The notes under the pieces were generated by a model that was given only the letters and a program-made list of their open reading frames with translations, did not search any database and had not been told where the DNA came from. DNA of 64,000 nucleotides, from contig CBFFRQ010000030.1 in the NCBI GenBank assembly GCA_965644315.1, positions 186,001 through 250,000 on the forward strand, in the 5' to 3' direction. Source of the DNA: Caecitellus pseudoparvulus. Its lineage: Eukaryota > Protista > Bigyra: Bicosoecida. Both the position numbers and the translations under genes were made by a program. Numbering within the stretch: the stretch's first letter is position 1; each line of letters begins with the position of its first letter. Shown piece after piece: positions 20,961 to 30,900 of this stretch.

Positions 20961-23900
20961 TTGGTTGCGCTGCTTGCCAGAGGGGCCGGCGCGCAGCCAG
21001 TGGCGGGTGGGACCCCCACTTGCCGCGCTCAGTGCGGCCATGTGCTGGGCGACGTGGGTGCACGCCCGGCCTACGAAGCACGACCCGTTCACGATGCGCC
21101 AGTCTTGGGCCCCGGATGGGGGGGACTCCACGCGGTGCCAGCCACTGACACCGTCGAAGGAGGTGTCCACTGTGCGGCACAGGAACCACACGTGGCGTGG
21201 GTCGGGCACGTCTTTGGGCCGGAGGTGGGGACACAGGCACAGCGCCACGTCCAGCAACTCCCGCTGCATGCTGGGGCATGGCGCCCCTGCCTCGTGCTCT
21301 GGCAGGACAAGGTTGTCCACGTAGGCCGGCAGCTGGACGGCGTTGGTGATGCCGGAGGAGAAAGTGAGGCGCACCTTGTCGCACTGCGCCAACTGCCACA
21401 GCGGCACGTCGTCCGGCATGTCCTCCTGGCGCAACGTCCACCCGGAGCCGGTTTCGCGCAGACCCAGCCAGGTTTGGATGGCCTCCTTGCACGGGTGCTC
21501 GGAGATGTCTGGGGCCCGGCCGATGCGGCTCTTGATGGGCACACACACCGTCGGCCAGGCCATGCCGTCAGGGTTCACCGGCACCAGGAGGTCGCCGCCT
21601 TCCTGCCGAGCGAGGGCTGCCCACCCATCTGGTGAGGCCTTGAAGCCGGCCAACGGCGGCCATGGCGCGGCTTTCAGGGACGCCACCACAGTGGCACGCT
21701 TCAGCACCCGGAGACTGGCCCCCCCCACGCCCAGATTCGTGGATCGGTGGAGACGGTTCACAACGGTGTGAAACGTCTCCCCGATGTCGGTGTCCACGGC
21801 CTCAAGGCTGCCAAACCACCACATGCACCACCCCATGTGCGTGATGGCATGGGCCTTGGGGTACGTGACGTCGGCCGCGTCGCGGTCGGCGGAGGCCAGG
21901 CAGGCCTCCACCAACTGGAAGGAGACCATGGCTCGGGCGCACCACTGCGCCAAGCGGCATGGGTCTCCAGCTCCAGCCACGGCCCGGCCGTACACCAGGT
22001 GCACCAGCACCTCCAGCATACCGCAAGCCGCCTGTAGGGCATTCAGCACCTGCGGCTGCCCGACGACTTGATCATCCCTGCCAACGAGGAGCGGCAGCCA
22101 GGGCAGCGTGGCCAGCCGCTCCTCGGCAGTCAGCTTGGAAGGCCCTGAGAACAGGGCCCCTGACAGGCCTTCGCGAAGGCCCATGACCCGCACGCCGTCC
22201 ACGTTGTGGGGTGTGCACGCAGCGGCTCGGGCTTCGAAGGTTGCCTTCCGACTCTTCTGGGTGCCAACCCCGCGGGCCTCCCAGCCTCGCCGGAAGAGGC
22301 CCCAGACCTTTTCCCCGGTCACGGCAGAGGCCATGACGTGGGTACGGTCTGTGGGCCGAGCCGCGTAGGGGGAGCCTCCCGGGAACAACGCACTGTACCT
22401 TTCACAAGCACACACGTGCTGGGGGTACTTGCGCTGGTTCAGCACGGCCTTCACGCTGTCTGGCAAGCCCATCCCTTCCTCGTGGGCTTTCTTTGCTGCG
22501 TCAAGGGCGTCTTGGTGTTCCCGGGGTGGCCGGTGGGTGCAGCTCGTCAGGCAGGCGACGCATGGGGGGATGGCGAAGTCGGGCGTCTTGGGCAAGCCGG
22601 TGGCAGGGTCTTGCTTCGGAGGGGGGGGGCACGAACAGTGGGTGCTGTGGAACTGCTTGAGGTTCAGGAGCACCCAAGCCTCCTTGAAGTCCAGTGACAG
22701 GACGGCGATGAAGACCCGCACCTTGCAGTGGTACACGGTGCGGCCGCCTCGCTGTCTGTGAACAGTGCTCACCCCCAGCGCCGTCAGGCGAGCTGCTGCC
22801 TCTGCATCCTCGGTGGACGCCCAGAAAGCCCCGGCAGCGTTTCCCTCCTGGATGGGCTTGAGGAGGAGCTCCTCAAACTCGGCCTGCTTCGCCAGGTGGC
22901 GCTGCAGGCCGCCGTCGCCAACCGTGTCGGACAGGTCGGCGTCCCCTGACAGCAGGCCCACCAGCGTCGACGAGCATGTGCTCCTGGTATGAGCCGTGCC
23001 GACGCAGAGTGGGCCTATGGACAGGGGGCGCACCATGGTCTTGGAGCGCCCGTCCAGCACGGCGTCATCCAGGAAGACGCGGATGGGCATGGGCAGGGCG
23101 TGGTCGGCCAGCGCCTCCCTCCAGCACACCCGCATGCACTCGCCGGATGCAAAGCCGGAGTACGTGCGGGTGCTCGGTTCCGTGCCACCCGCGCTGGTGG
23201 GCGCCTGCAGGCCTGCCCCTGCCTTCCACGTCGTGCCAGGGAGGCGTGTCAGGGTGGCCCCTGGGCAGTTGCGTTCGAAGTGATCATATGCCAGCTCGTC
23301 TGCCTGCTGAAACAAGGAAATGCTCGTCACCGCCTCTGCACGGGTGCTGGGGACCTGCACGGCAGGCACGTGCATGGGGTCTGGGACAGTGCCCGCCCCC
23401 CGCACAGGCATCATGGTCGACACATCGTGCCGCTTGGCCATGTCCTGCAGCACTGCCTTGATGTCGAGACTGGCCACCACCGACTTGCCGGCGCAGGATG
23501 TCACCGTCCTGTCGCTGGCCCCCTTCAGGAGCGGGTACCGAGTCAGTTGCTTCTGCTGCTTGTCCAGCTCCTTCGCTGGGGGGCGAGGCATGTGGGCCAT
23601 GACCACCTTCAGGGTGCGCCACGGGGCCTTGGTCTGCAGGAGCACAGCCACAAACCAGGCCCAGTCATACGCTCGGACTGCGTGGATCCCCGCGCCACTG
23701 CACGACGTGTTCAGCATGACCTTGAGCGCATGGAGGTTTGGGGTGTCTGGGAAGTCGGTGGGGGGCGCTGGCTCCTCGGCAGGTTCGCATGCCTCCCCGC
23801 TGGGGCCGGTCTGTGGCGGGCCGGGGGCAGCAGCAGCTGCGGGAGCGTACGGCTCAGAGGCAAAGAAGCTGTCTTCGAACTCGCCATCGCCGGCTCCTGC

Positions 23901-24278
23901 CCCAAGGTCAGCGCCGTCCAGGGCTGCCGCTGGTGTCGGCGTGGCAGCCCCGAAGGGTACTCCGGCGCCGGCGCCTGCGTTGGCGCCAGGGGCCGCGTGA
24001 AGCTCTGAAAACTGCTGGGGGTTGGCGTGCTCAAGTGCATCTTGCTGTGATGCGACTGCATCTCGGGGGGATGCTGCGTGGCTGCACCGTGGAGCCTTGG
24101 AAGTGTAGCGAATGTCACGGGCGCGAAGCCGATGAGACTTCTTCACGCTGCGGTGGAGCCCAGTGCCAACGGTGTGGGGGTTCTTCTTGCAGAAACGCAA
24201 GTGATGCAAAACATTAGTGCTGCAAGAGAAGGTCTTCTGGCAGTACGGGCAGATGGCGACCTCATCATGCGAGGCCAT
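20811..24278 (-). CDS. Plavaka-family DDE transposase with an N-terminal C2H2-type zinc finger
   Basis: CPYCQKTF....LHHLRFC zinc finger, then Plavaka-type blocks PIRVFLDDAVL...VRPLSIG, VLSLDFKEA...HCSCP, PTDRTH and YPKAHAITH...FGSLEAVDTDIGETFH...HRSTN. Intact 1155-aa ORF. Confidence 0.8.
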   Translation of the reverse strand: MASHDEVAICPYCQKTFSCSTNVLHHLRFCKKNPHTVGTGLHRSVKKSHRLRARDIRYTSKAPRCSHAASPRDAVASQQDALEHANPQQFSELHAAPGANAGAGAGVPFGAATPTPAAALDGADLGAGAGDGEFEDSFFASEPYAPAAAAAPGPPQTGPSGEACEPAEEPAPPTDFPDTPNLHALKVMLNTSCSGAGIHAVRAYDWAWFVAVLLQTKAPWRTLKVVMAHMPRPPAKELDKQQKQLTRYPLLKGASDRTVTSCAGKSVVASLDIKAVLQDMAKRHDVSTMMPVRGAGTVPDPMHVPAVQVPSTRAEAVTSISLFQQADELAYDHFERNCPGATLTRLPGTTWKAGAGLQAPTSAGGTEPSTRTYSGFASGECMRVCWREALADHALPMPIRVFLDDAVLDGRSKTMVRPLSIGPLCVGTAHTRSTCSSTLVGLLSGDADLSDTVGDGGLQRHLAKQAEFEELLLKPIQEGNAAGAFWASTEDAEAAARLTALGVSTVHRQRGGRTVYHCKVRVFIAVLSLDFKEAWVLLNLKQFHSTHCSCPPPPKQDPATGLPKTPDFAIPPCVACLTSCTHRPPREHQDALDAAKKAHEEGMGLPDSVKAVLNQRKYPQHVCACERYSALFPGGSPYAARPTDRTHVMASAVTGEKVWGLFRRGWEARGVGTQKSRKATFEARAAACTPHNVDGVRVMGLREGLSGALFSGPSKLTAEERLATLPWLPLLVGRDDQVVGQPQVLNALQAACGMLEVLVHLVYGRAVAGAGDPCRLAQWCARAMVSFQLVEACLASADRDAADVTYPKAHAITHMGWCMWWFGSLEAVDTDIGETFHTVVNRLHRSTNLGVGGASLRVLKRATVVASLKAAPWPPLAGFKASPDGWAALARQEGGDLLVPVNPDGMAWPTVCVPIKSRIGRAPDISEHPCKEAIQTWLGLRETGSGWTLRQEDMPDDVPLWQLAQCDKVRLTFSSGITNAVQLPAYVDNLVLPEHEAGAPCPSMQRELLDVALCLCPHLRPKDVPDPRHVWFLCRTVDTSFDGVSGWHRVESPPSGAQDWRIVNGSCFVGRACTHVAQHMAALSAASGGPTRHWLRAGPSGKQRNQHAEGPSSSAISAGRAAGEAAVAAQPDPGPPPRDVPQAVYKSLRWRRHKA

Positions 24279-24440
24279 GTCTGCTCAAACTGCGCAGGCA
24301 GAAGCAATTACCGCACTTGCAACGCCACCACAGTGGCGCAGTCTGCACCATTTGCCAAACCCAACACCTTTCATTTGAGCAAATATTGTTGCTTTGCATT
24401 TTTGTTGTGGCTAGATCCCTGGTGCAACCCCGCTTCCCTC

Positions 24441-26242
24441 ATGAGCGCCGCTCCCTCAGGGGGACACCTGCCCCCTGCCGACGCAGCCAGTGCGCCGAGC
24501 GCCCTCCCTGCTCTAAAGCACAAGGCCGCCATGACGAAAGTGAGGCGATTTGCAGAGGAAAGGCTAGGAGGGACACATGTCGAGGGGCAAGGAAGCCACG
24601 GCCTCGACAGTGGGACCTTGAGCCGTGAGTTTGTTGTGGCAAGTTTTTCCTCAAACACGCCACGCCAACACGCCTGTGCCTGCGCCGACCCCTCAGGCAC
24701 GGACTTTCTGCGGGCAAGCTTTGCAGCATTGATGCAAACACTTGAAGGACAATCTGAGCAGCCGTCAGATGGTGCAGGTACGCCCAGCTGCACGTGCTGA
24801 AGGCGCAGCGCCTGGCCTGCGCATGCACTGGTTGGCTCCGCTCCTGCGCAGGCGAGGCGCCCGCCACCCCTGGAAGCCAGGATGTGCATGATGGGATCCA
24901 TCTCCCAGAGCTGCAAAAACTTACCAGCAGCTCCGATGCGCGTGCCAGGCGCAGGTTGTTGAGAGGGCTTGCCATCCACATGGAGGTGGTGGAGGAGATC
25001 GTGGCAGCTCAGGCCGCCACCATCGCGCAACTTGTGCGCCAAGTACAAGCCCTCTCAGCCCCAGTGCAGGTCAGCACAGCCCAGAGAAGCAAGCCCCAGG
25101 ACTGCCCACTGGTGGCATTTGGTGAAGAAGAGGGTGACCCCGCGGCCGCCTTTCGCCGACTGTGGACCAGGGCCGTCTTGGAGGGGGGTGTGGGTGTCTT
25201 TGGGGGCGGGACCTTGGATGCCGTCAAGGCCATGGTGGAGCGCCAGGAGAGTGGCCTGCCAGACTGGATGGGCGCCCTTGGCTTGGAGGCCCCCTTGCAG
25301 GGGGTCTACGAGGGGGAGCACTCCGCGGTGTGGGCGGCCGTGCAAGCTGCCGTCGCCAGCGTCAAGGAGGGCATGGGTGGGTACGCTGCGGGTCAAAAGC
25401 GCATGCGAGCGCGTGTTCGGAAGTTCATGGACAATGCGACGGGGATTGTGGGCATTCAGAAGGAGATCGGCGGAGAGGCAGTGAGCAGGTCAGCCGCCGG
25501 CCGCCGAGAGATTGACCACCGCATCCAAGTGCTGAAAGGGAACACTGAGGAGGAGGACTGGATTGCATGGTACAAGCCAAAGAACGGTCGCGTTGGGAAG
25601 GAGTCCTTCGCCAAGGCGGACATCGAGGCGCTGCACGCTGCCAACTTCGCCGCCATCGGCGTGCTGGGGAACGGCCAGGACCCCCCTCTGCTCGAGGACC
25701 TGCTGCTGGCCTCACTGCGGGACGCTGCCAGCGGCACCAGGGAGTCCAAGACGGACAAGCTGTACAGCTTCGTGCAGGTGGGGTACAACGCCGCCGTGGG
25801 GCCCAACCCCCGGGACTCAGGGTGGGGCGACCTCACCCCGCCTGACCTCTCCAAGGAGCGCTTCCACACCCTGTCGTGGGCGCACCTGCAGCTGCTCTTG
25901 CCGTTCATTGCGCTCGCGTGGCTGGACGCCCGGCGCGAGTCGCTGCGGGATGGCCGCCTGGAGTGGGTGCTCAGTCGCATGACGACCTTGGACTCGGCGG
26001 CGGACCACGCGGCGTTGATGGCGCGCCTGGAAGCTGAAGCTGCACCACAGCAAGCCCCCAGCGCTGACGCACATGGGCCGGCAAGTGGCCGCTCCATGGG
26101 CGGGGGCGTGCGCTGCCGAGAGGGAACGGGTCTGGAGGACCCACGCCGCACCAGCGAGCCCCGGAGCAGCAGCGAAAGCGGGAGCCCAGGGAACAGCTCG
26201 AGCTCCTGTGAGAGCACCGGGACCTCGTTTTGGGATCATTGA
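24441..26242 (+). CDS. Hypothetical transposon companion protein, divergent from the transposase
   Basis: ATG at 24441. Intron 24778-24851 (GTACGC...GCGCAG) joins it to the 482-aa ORF with strong GC3 bias. A short coiled coil is followed by a helical domain; no recognisable family. Confidence 0.7.
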
Positions 26243-27909
26243 CAAGCACCCACACGTGAGTGGCGGGGTGTGGAGGTGTTGCACTGACTCATCAAGCATG
26301 GGCTCATGTGCTCAGTGACGTGTACGGGCGCCCTCAATGCAGGAGCAGCGCCGCCGCTTGTCCATGCCACGGTCTGGCGTCTGTGGGCCCACCGACCCAA
26401 GACGTTGGCGGTGCCCCGGGCGCAGAGCCAGTGGCACTCCGTCACACCTGCGCAAATCAAACTCACCCTCCCATCCTACCCCCCTAACCCTTTCGCAGAT
26501 CTCTTGCTACCTGTGCGTCGTAGTGCGCCGCAGGTGAGTGTGTACAGGCGCTGGCGTGCCTGGGACCGTGCCTGCACACCATCACCTTGCCATATTCCGC
26601 AGGCACTTGCCACGCCCTCCATTCCTCTTGAATCCGCGCGCGCGCCCCAATCCACCCTCGTCCACAGGTATGCGTGTATTGAATATTGCTTTGAAGAGAG
26701 CGAAACGGGGAAGGGCGCCGCCACATTCGCTGCGCGGGCCGGTGAGTGAGTGACCCGGCGCTGTAACGCCAGTGCCAACGCACACTCTGACAGGGAGCCC
26801 CCGCTCGGCCCTGCGCCCACCCCTGCACTGTACAGACCCACATAAAGCATATCAACCATCAAAGGTGAGTGTGCGGGTGCTCACAGCGCTCGTGCACCGC
26901 CCACGCCTGCACCCGTACAGGCGTTTCCTCCTGCGCAGAGCCTCTGCAACGCCATCACGCAGCCCGCCCCCCCCCTTCCTCCACAGGGAGCGCCAGGACG
27001 CATGTTCCCACTGGATGACTTCCCGGACCAATCAGGTGAGCCCTTGCGGGACGTGCTGGCCCCCGCAATGGCGTCTTCGCAGTGCCTGTGCCGCCAGCGC
27101 AGCGTGCGTGGGCACGCACGCGAGGCGCAGGCGGCCCAGGCCAATGGCTGCATGGCGCGGCCCCGCAGGGGCCACGGGCGCACTGTACAATGCAATGAGC
27201 ATCACACAGGGCCTGCATTTCGGCGCGCGGAGCCCAATTCAGCGGGCAGGGGGGCCGGCTGCCAGGGGGCGCCGCGGGCGAGGGCAGCCCCCATCAACCG
27301 CGCCTTGGTTCGTGCACGTATCGCTAGCCTGCCCCCCATCAACGAAGGAACCCCCGCGTGGTTCCCACCCCGCAGGGATCAGTGACGGCCGCGAGCGCCC
27401 CCTTAGCGCTCATGTTGAAGGACCCAACGCAAATTCTTCTTCTGCCCCGATTCATGAGCACGTTGAACTTGTTTTGTGTTTTACTGGCCGAGACTCTAGG
27501 TACCCGTCTGCTCGCCGTGCATCGCTTGAGCGGTGTGCCCACCAGAAGGAGAGGGCTGATGCGGAACGAGTTCAACCATCACAAGCAAGGTTGCTGTGCT
27601 GTCGCCTTGCCCAGGCCTGAGCTTCAGTGTCAGTGGAGACTTCCTGCTGTAGACACTGAGGTTGAACCTTCTTGACTCCTCATTCCAGACCTCGTCGTTT
27701 GACGCCGGATCTCAGCCATGTTGCAGGTTGCTGCGGCCCTCCAGCCACCTTGCACTAGCACCGCACGTTCCTCGCATGGGCGAGGGTCTGCACCTGCGTC
27801 GATCGTGAAAAGGTTCGATATTGCGATGATGACTTTTTGGGGCAATATCCTTGAACGTCATGCCGTTCTAGCCAAGACGGGCAGTCCACGACAGCGTGTA
27901 GCTGGCAGC

Positions 27910-30900
27910 ATGTGGTGCCTGGCTCTCTCCCTCACTTTCGCTTTGACAGGCTTTTGCCATGCAAGTGCCAGGCCATCGCTGATTGAGGTTGGAGAGGGAG
28001 GGTTTTATGGCAGGCATGTTCGTCGGCTCGCAGGTGCGGGGTCACATGGCTTCAATGTTTCTGCTGGGGCCTCTCACACATGTGCCTGGCTTCATGGCAA
28101 AGTGCGATGCTGGGGATACGGAAGTGATGGGCGGCTGGGGTACGGCAACACCAACAACATTGGTGATGATGAGCTCCCGTACACTGCAGGCACTGTGAAT
28201 CTGGGCGTTGGTATGACTGCCACACAGGCCTCAGCTGGGCACTATCACACTTGTGCTGTGTTGAGCAGCGGCGATGTGACGTGCTGGGGATTCGGAAATT
28301 ATGGGCGGCTGGGGTACGGCAACACGAACGACATTGGCGACGATGAGCTCCCGTACACTGCAGGTACTGTGGATCTGGGTGCTGGTGTCACTGCCACACA
28401 GGTGGCAGCAGGGACTCAGCACACTTGTGCTGTGTTGAGCAGCGGCGATGTGATGTGCTGGGGACAAGGAGGTAATGGGCGGCTGGGGTACGGCAACACG
28501 AACGACATTGGCGACGATGAGCTCCCGTACACTGCAGGCACTGTGAATCTGGGTGCTGGTGTGACAGTCACGCAGGTGGCAGTAGGGTACTTTCACACAT
28601 GTGCTTTGTTGAGCAGCGGCGATGTGATGTGCTGGGGAGGTGGAGACTATGGGCGGCTGGGGTACGGCAACACCGACAGCATTGGCGACGATGAGCACCC
28701 GTACACTGCGGGCAGTGTGAATCTGGGCGTTGGTGTGACTGCCACACAGGTGGCAGCAGACCGCTTTCACACTTGTGCTGTGTTGAGCAGCGGCGATGTG
28801 ATGTGCTGGGGCCGTGGAAATAATGGGCGGCTGGGGTACGGCAACACGAACGACATTGGCGACGATGAGCTCCCGTACACTGCAGGCAGTGTGAATCTGG
28901 GTGCTGGTGTCACAGTCACACAGGTGGCAGCGGGGTACTTTCACACTTGTGCTGTGTTGAGCAGCGGCGATGTGATGTGTTGGGGACCAGGAGACTATGG
29001 GCAGCTGGGGTACGGCAACACGAACGACATTGGCGACGATGAGCACCCGTACACTGCAGGCACTGTGAATGTGGGCGCTGGTGTCACAGTCACACAGGTG
29101 GCAGTAGGGGGCTATCACACATGTGCTGTGTTGGTCAGCGGCGATGTGATGTGCTGGGGAGATGGAAACGTTGGCAAGCTGGGTTATGGCAACACCAACC
29201 ACATTGGTGACAATGAGCTCCCGTACACTGCTGGTTCCGTGCCCCTTTTGCCACCTCCATCACCGTCACCGAGCGCAACGCCGACCAGCACTCCAAGTGG
29301 ATCAGTATCTCCGTCAGCACCACCCTCCCCGACTCAGACTTCATCCGTCTCCCCAACTGCCTCTCCCACTGCTTCTGTATCTCCCACTCCGACAGCATCA
29401 GTCACGGCATCGGCCACTGTGTCGCCATCGGTCTCGGGCACTGTGTCGCCGTCGGCCTCGGGCACTGTGACTCCGTCGGCATCGGCCACTGTGACTCCGT
29501 CGGCCTCGGGCACTGTGTCACCATCGGCCTCGGGCACTGTGTCGCCGTCGGCCTCGGGCACTGTGACTCCGTCGGCATCGGCCACTGTGTCGCCATCGGC
29601 CTCGGGCACTGTGTCGCCATCGGCCTCGGGCACTGTGTCGCCATCAGGCACTGTGTCGAGCTCGCCAACGCCAAGCACATCTGCCACAGCGACCACCGCT
29701 CCCTCTCCAAGCCAGTCAAGCACGACTCAGTCCACAGCCACACCCACCACATCTGCAGCTGCTACAAGCAGCGCTTCCCCAACTGCCCTGGCCAGCACCA
29801 GCACAGCACCATTGAATGGGCAGCTCCAGGGTGACACGATCTGGCACGCGCTGTTCCTGCCTCGGCAGCCTCCTCGTGTTGTGCTCCAAGACGCATCCAA
29901 CTCAAACGCAAGTATTCCCCTCACGCTGCGAATCGGGGCAACCTCAGCCCAATGGGCTGCTTTCCTTCGTCTGGTTGGAAGCGCGGCGATGGACCAGGCG
30001 TACCTCTCCTGCGACCCCGAAGCTCCAGTGTGTGCATCCTCAACGCCATCCGAGGTGCAGGCAGCACTGACCAGCATTGCGCCTGAGGCTCTCGCCTTGC
30101 TGCCGAGTGTTGCAGTGCAGCCAGGCGGCAGCGCAGGGCTGCTGAGCACGAACGGCGAGGTGCAAGAGGTCGCCTTGACAGCCGAGGTGTCGCTTCCAGC
30201 AGTGTTGGAGTCGCACGCCGTATCTGCCGTGTTCTCCTTCGCCCTCACGGTGTCAAGGGTGGGTGATGCGTCTGGGACTGAGCTTGACTCCATCCCCATC
30301 ACCATCGAAGTGCTGCTTCCCAAGCTCAGCGTGTCGCCTCAGTCCATCATTGAGTTCTTGCGCCCGAGCTCAGTTGTGCCTGGTGGCATGAGCACCATGA
30401 GCATCACAATGTCCAACACTGGCGCCAGGTCCGGCATGGTGCTTGCCTTACTTCCATATGATGTTTGCTGGCTCACGCTACCCGCAACTGCACAGCCGTG
30501 CAGCACTGCCAAACTCCAGCGCTTGCCTTCTTCCATGCAGTCTGGTCATGCTTGTGTGCAGGTTGCCGTTCCCGCCCACAGCACCAGCTCCTTGCGGCTG
30601 CAGGCGTTGGTGGCTGGGCTGCGAGCCGGGCTCCACTCAGCCACTGTGACCATCGCCATGGAGTCAGGTGGGGCGCCACCGGGCTGGGAGGTGACCCCTG
30701 TGCCTGTGCGACTGCTGGTATCGGCGGTGTCCATCTGCCCCAGCTCAGTGTCCATCCAGGGCTTGCGGGCTCCCCGGCTGGCGTCGTCCCAGCCCACAGT
30801 GTTTGCCCAAGGCATCGTGCACATGACGAACCTCGGCACTGGGTCCATGCGTGTGCAGCGAGCAGCCGTACTGGATGTGGACAGTGCCAGCCTTGCACCT

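Larger units (their letters stand above)
19572..27388. mobile_element. Putative Plavaka-type (CACTA/EnSpm-related) DNA transposon, ~7.8 kb
   Basis: Contains a Plavaka-like transposase. The candidate ends 19572-19599 and 27361-27388 are imperfect inverted repeats (20/28 identical, first 7 perfect, CCGTCAC), with CC immediately outside both ends. Boundaries are tentative. Confidence 0.55.

Noticed and set aside
19572-27388. TET/JBP dioxygenase or methyltransferase cargo, as associated with fungal Plavaka/KDZ elements
   Set aside because: I found no HxD...H...R 2OG-Fe(II) pattern or methylase motifs in the companion ORFs.
19827-27479. Alternative TIR pair ACACAAAAC (19827) / GTTTTGTGT (27471)
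   Set aside because: Only 9 bp, does not extend, and has no flanking duplication.
27718-27909. N-terminal extensions given by the ORF track (also 5244, 9201, 40491, 57717, 60219)
   Set aside because: Downstream ATGs or spliced first exons give better signal peptides or family-colinear N-termini.
28060-29243. Diversity-generating retroelement as the source of RCC1 variability (some variable codons are AAY-like)
   Set aside because: There is no reverse transcriptase or separate template repeat in the window, and variation also affects third positions and does not fit a strictly adenine-specific pattern.
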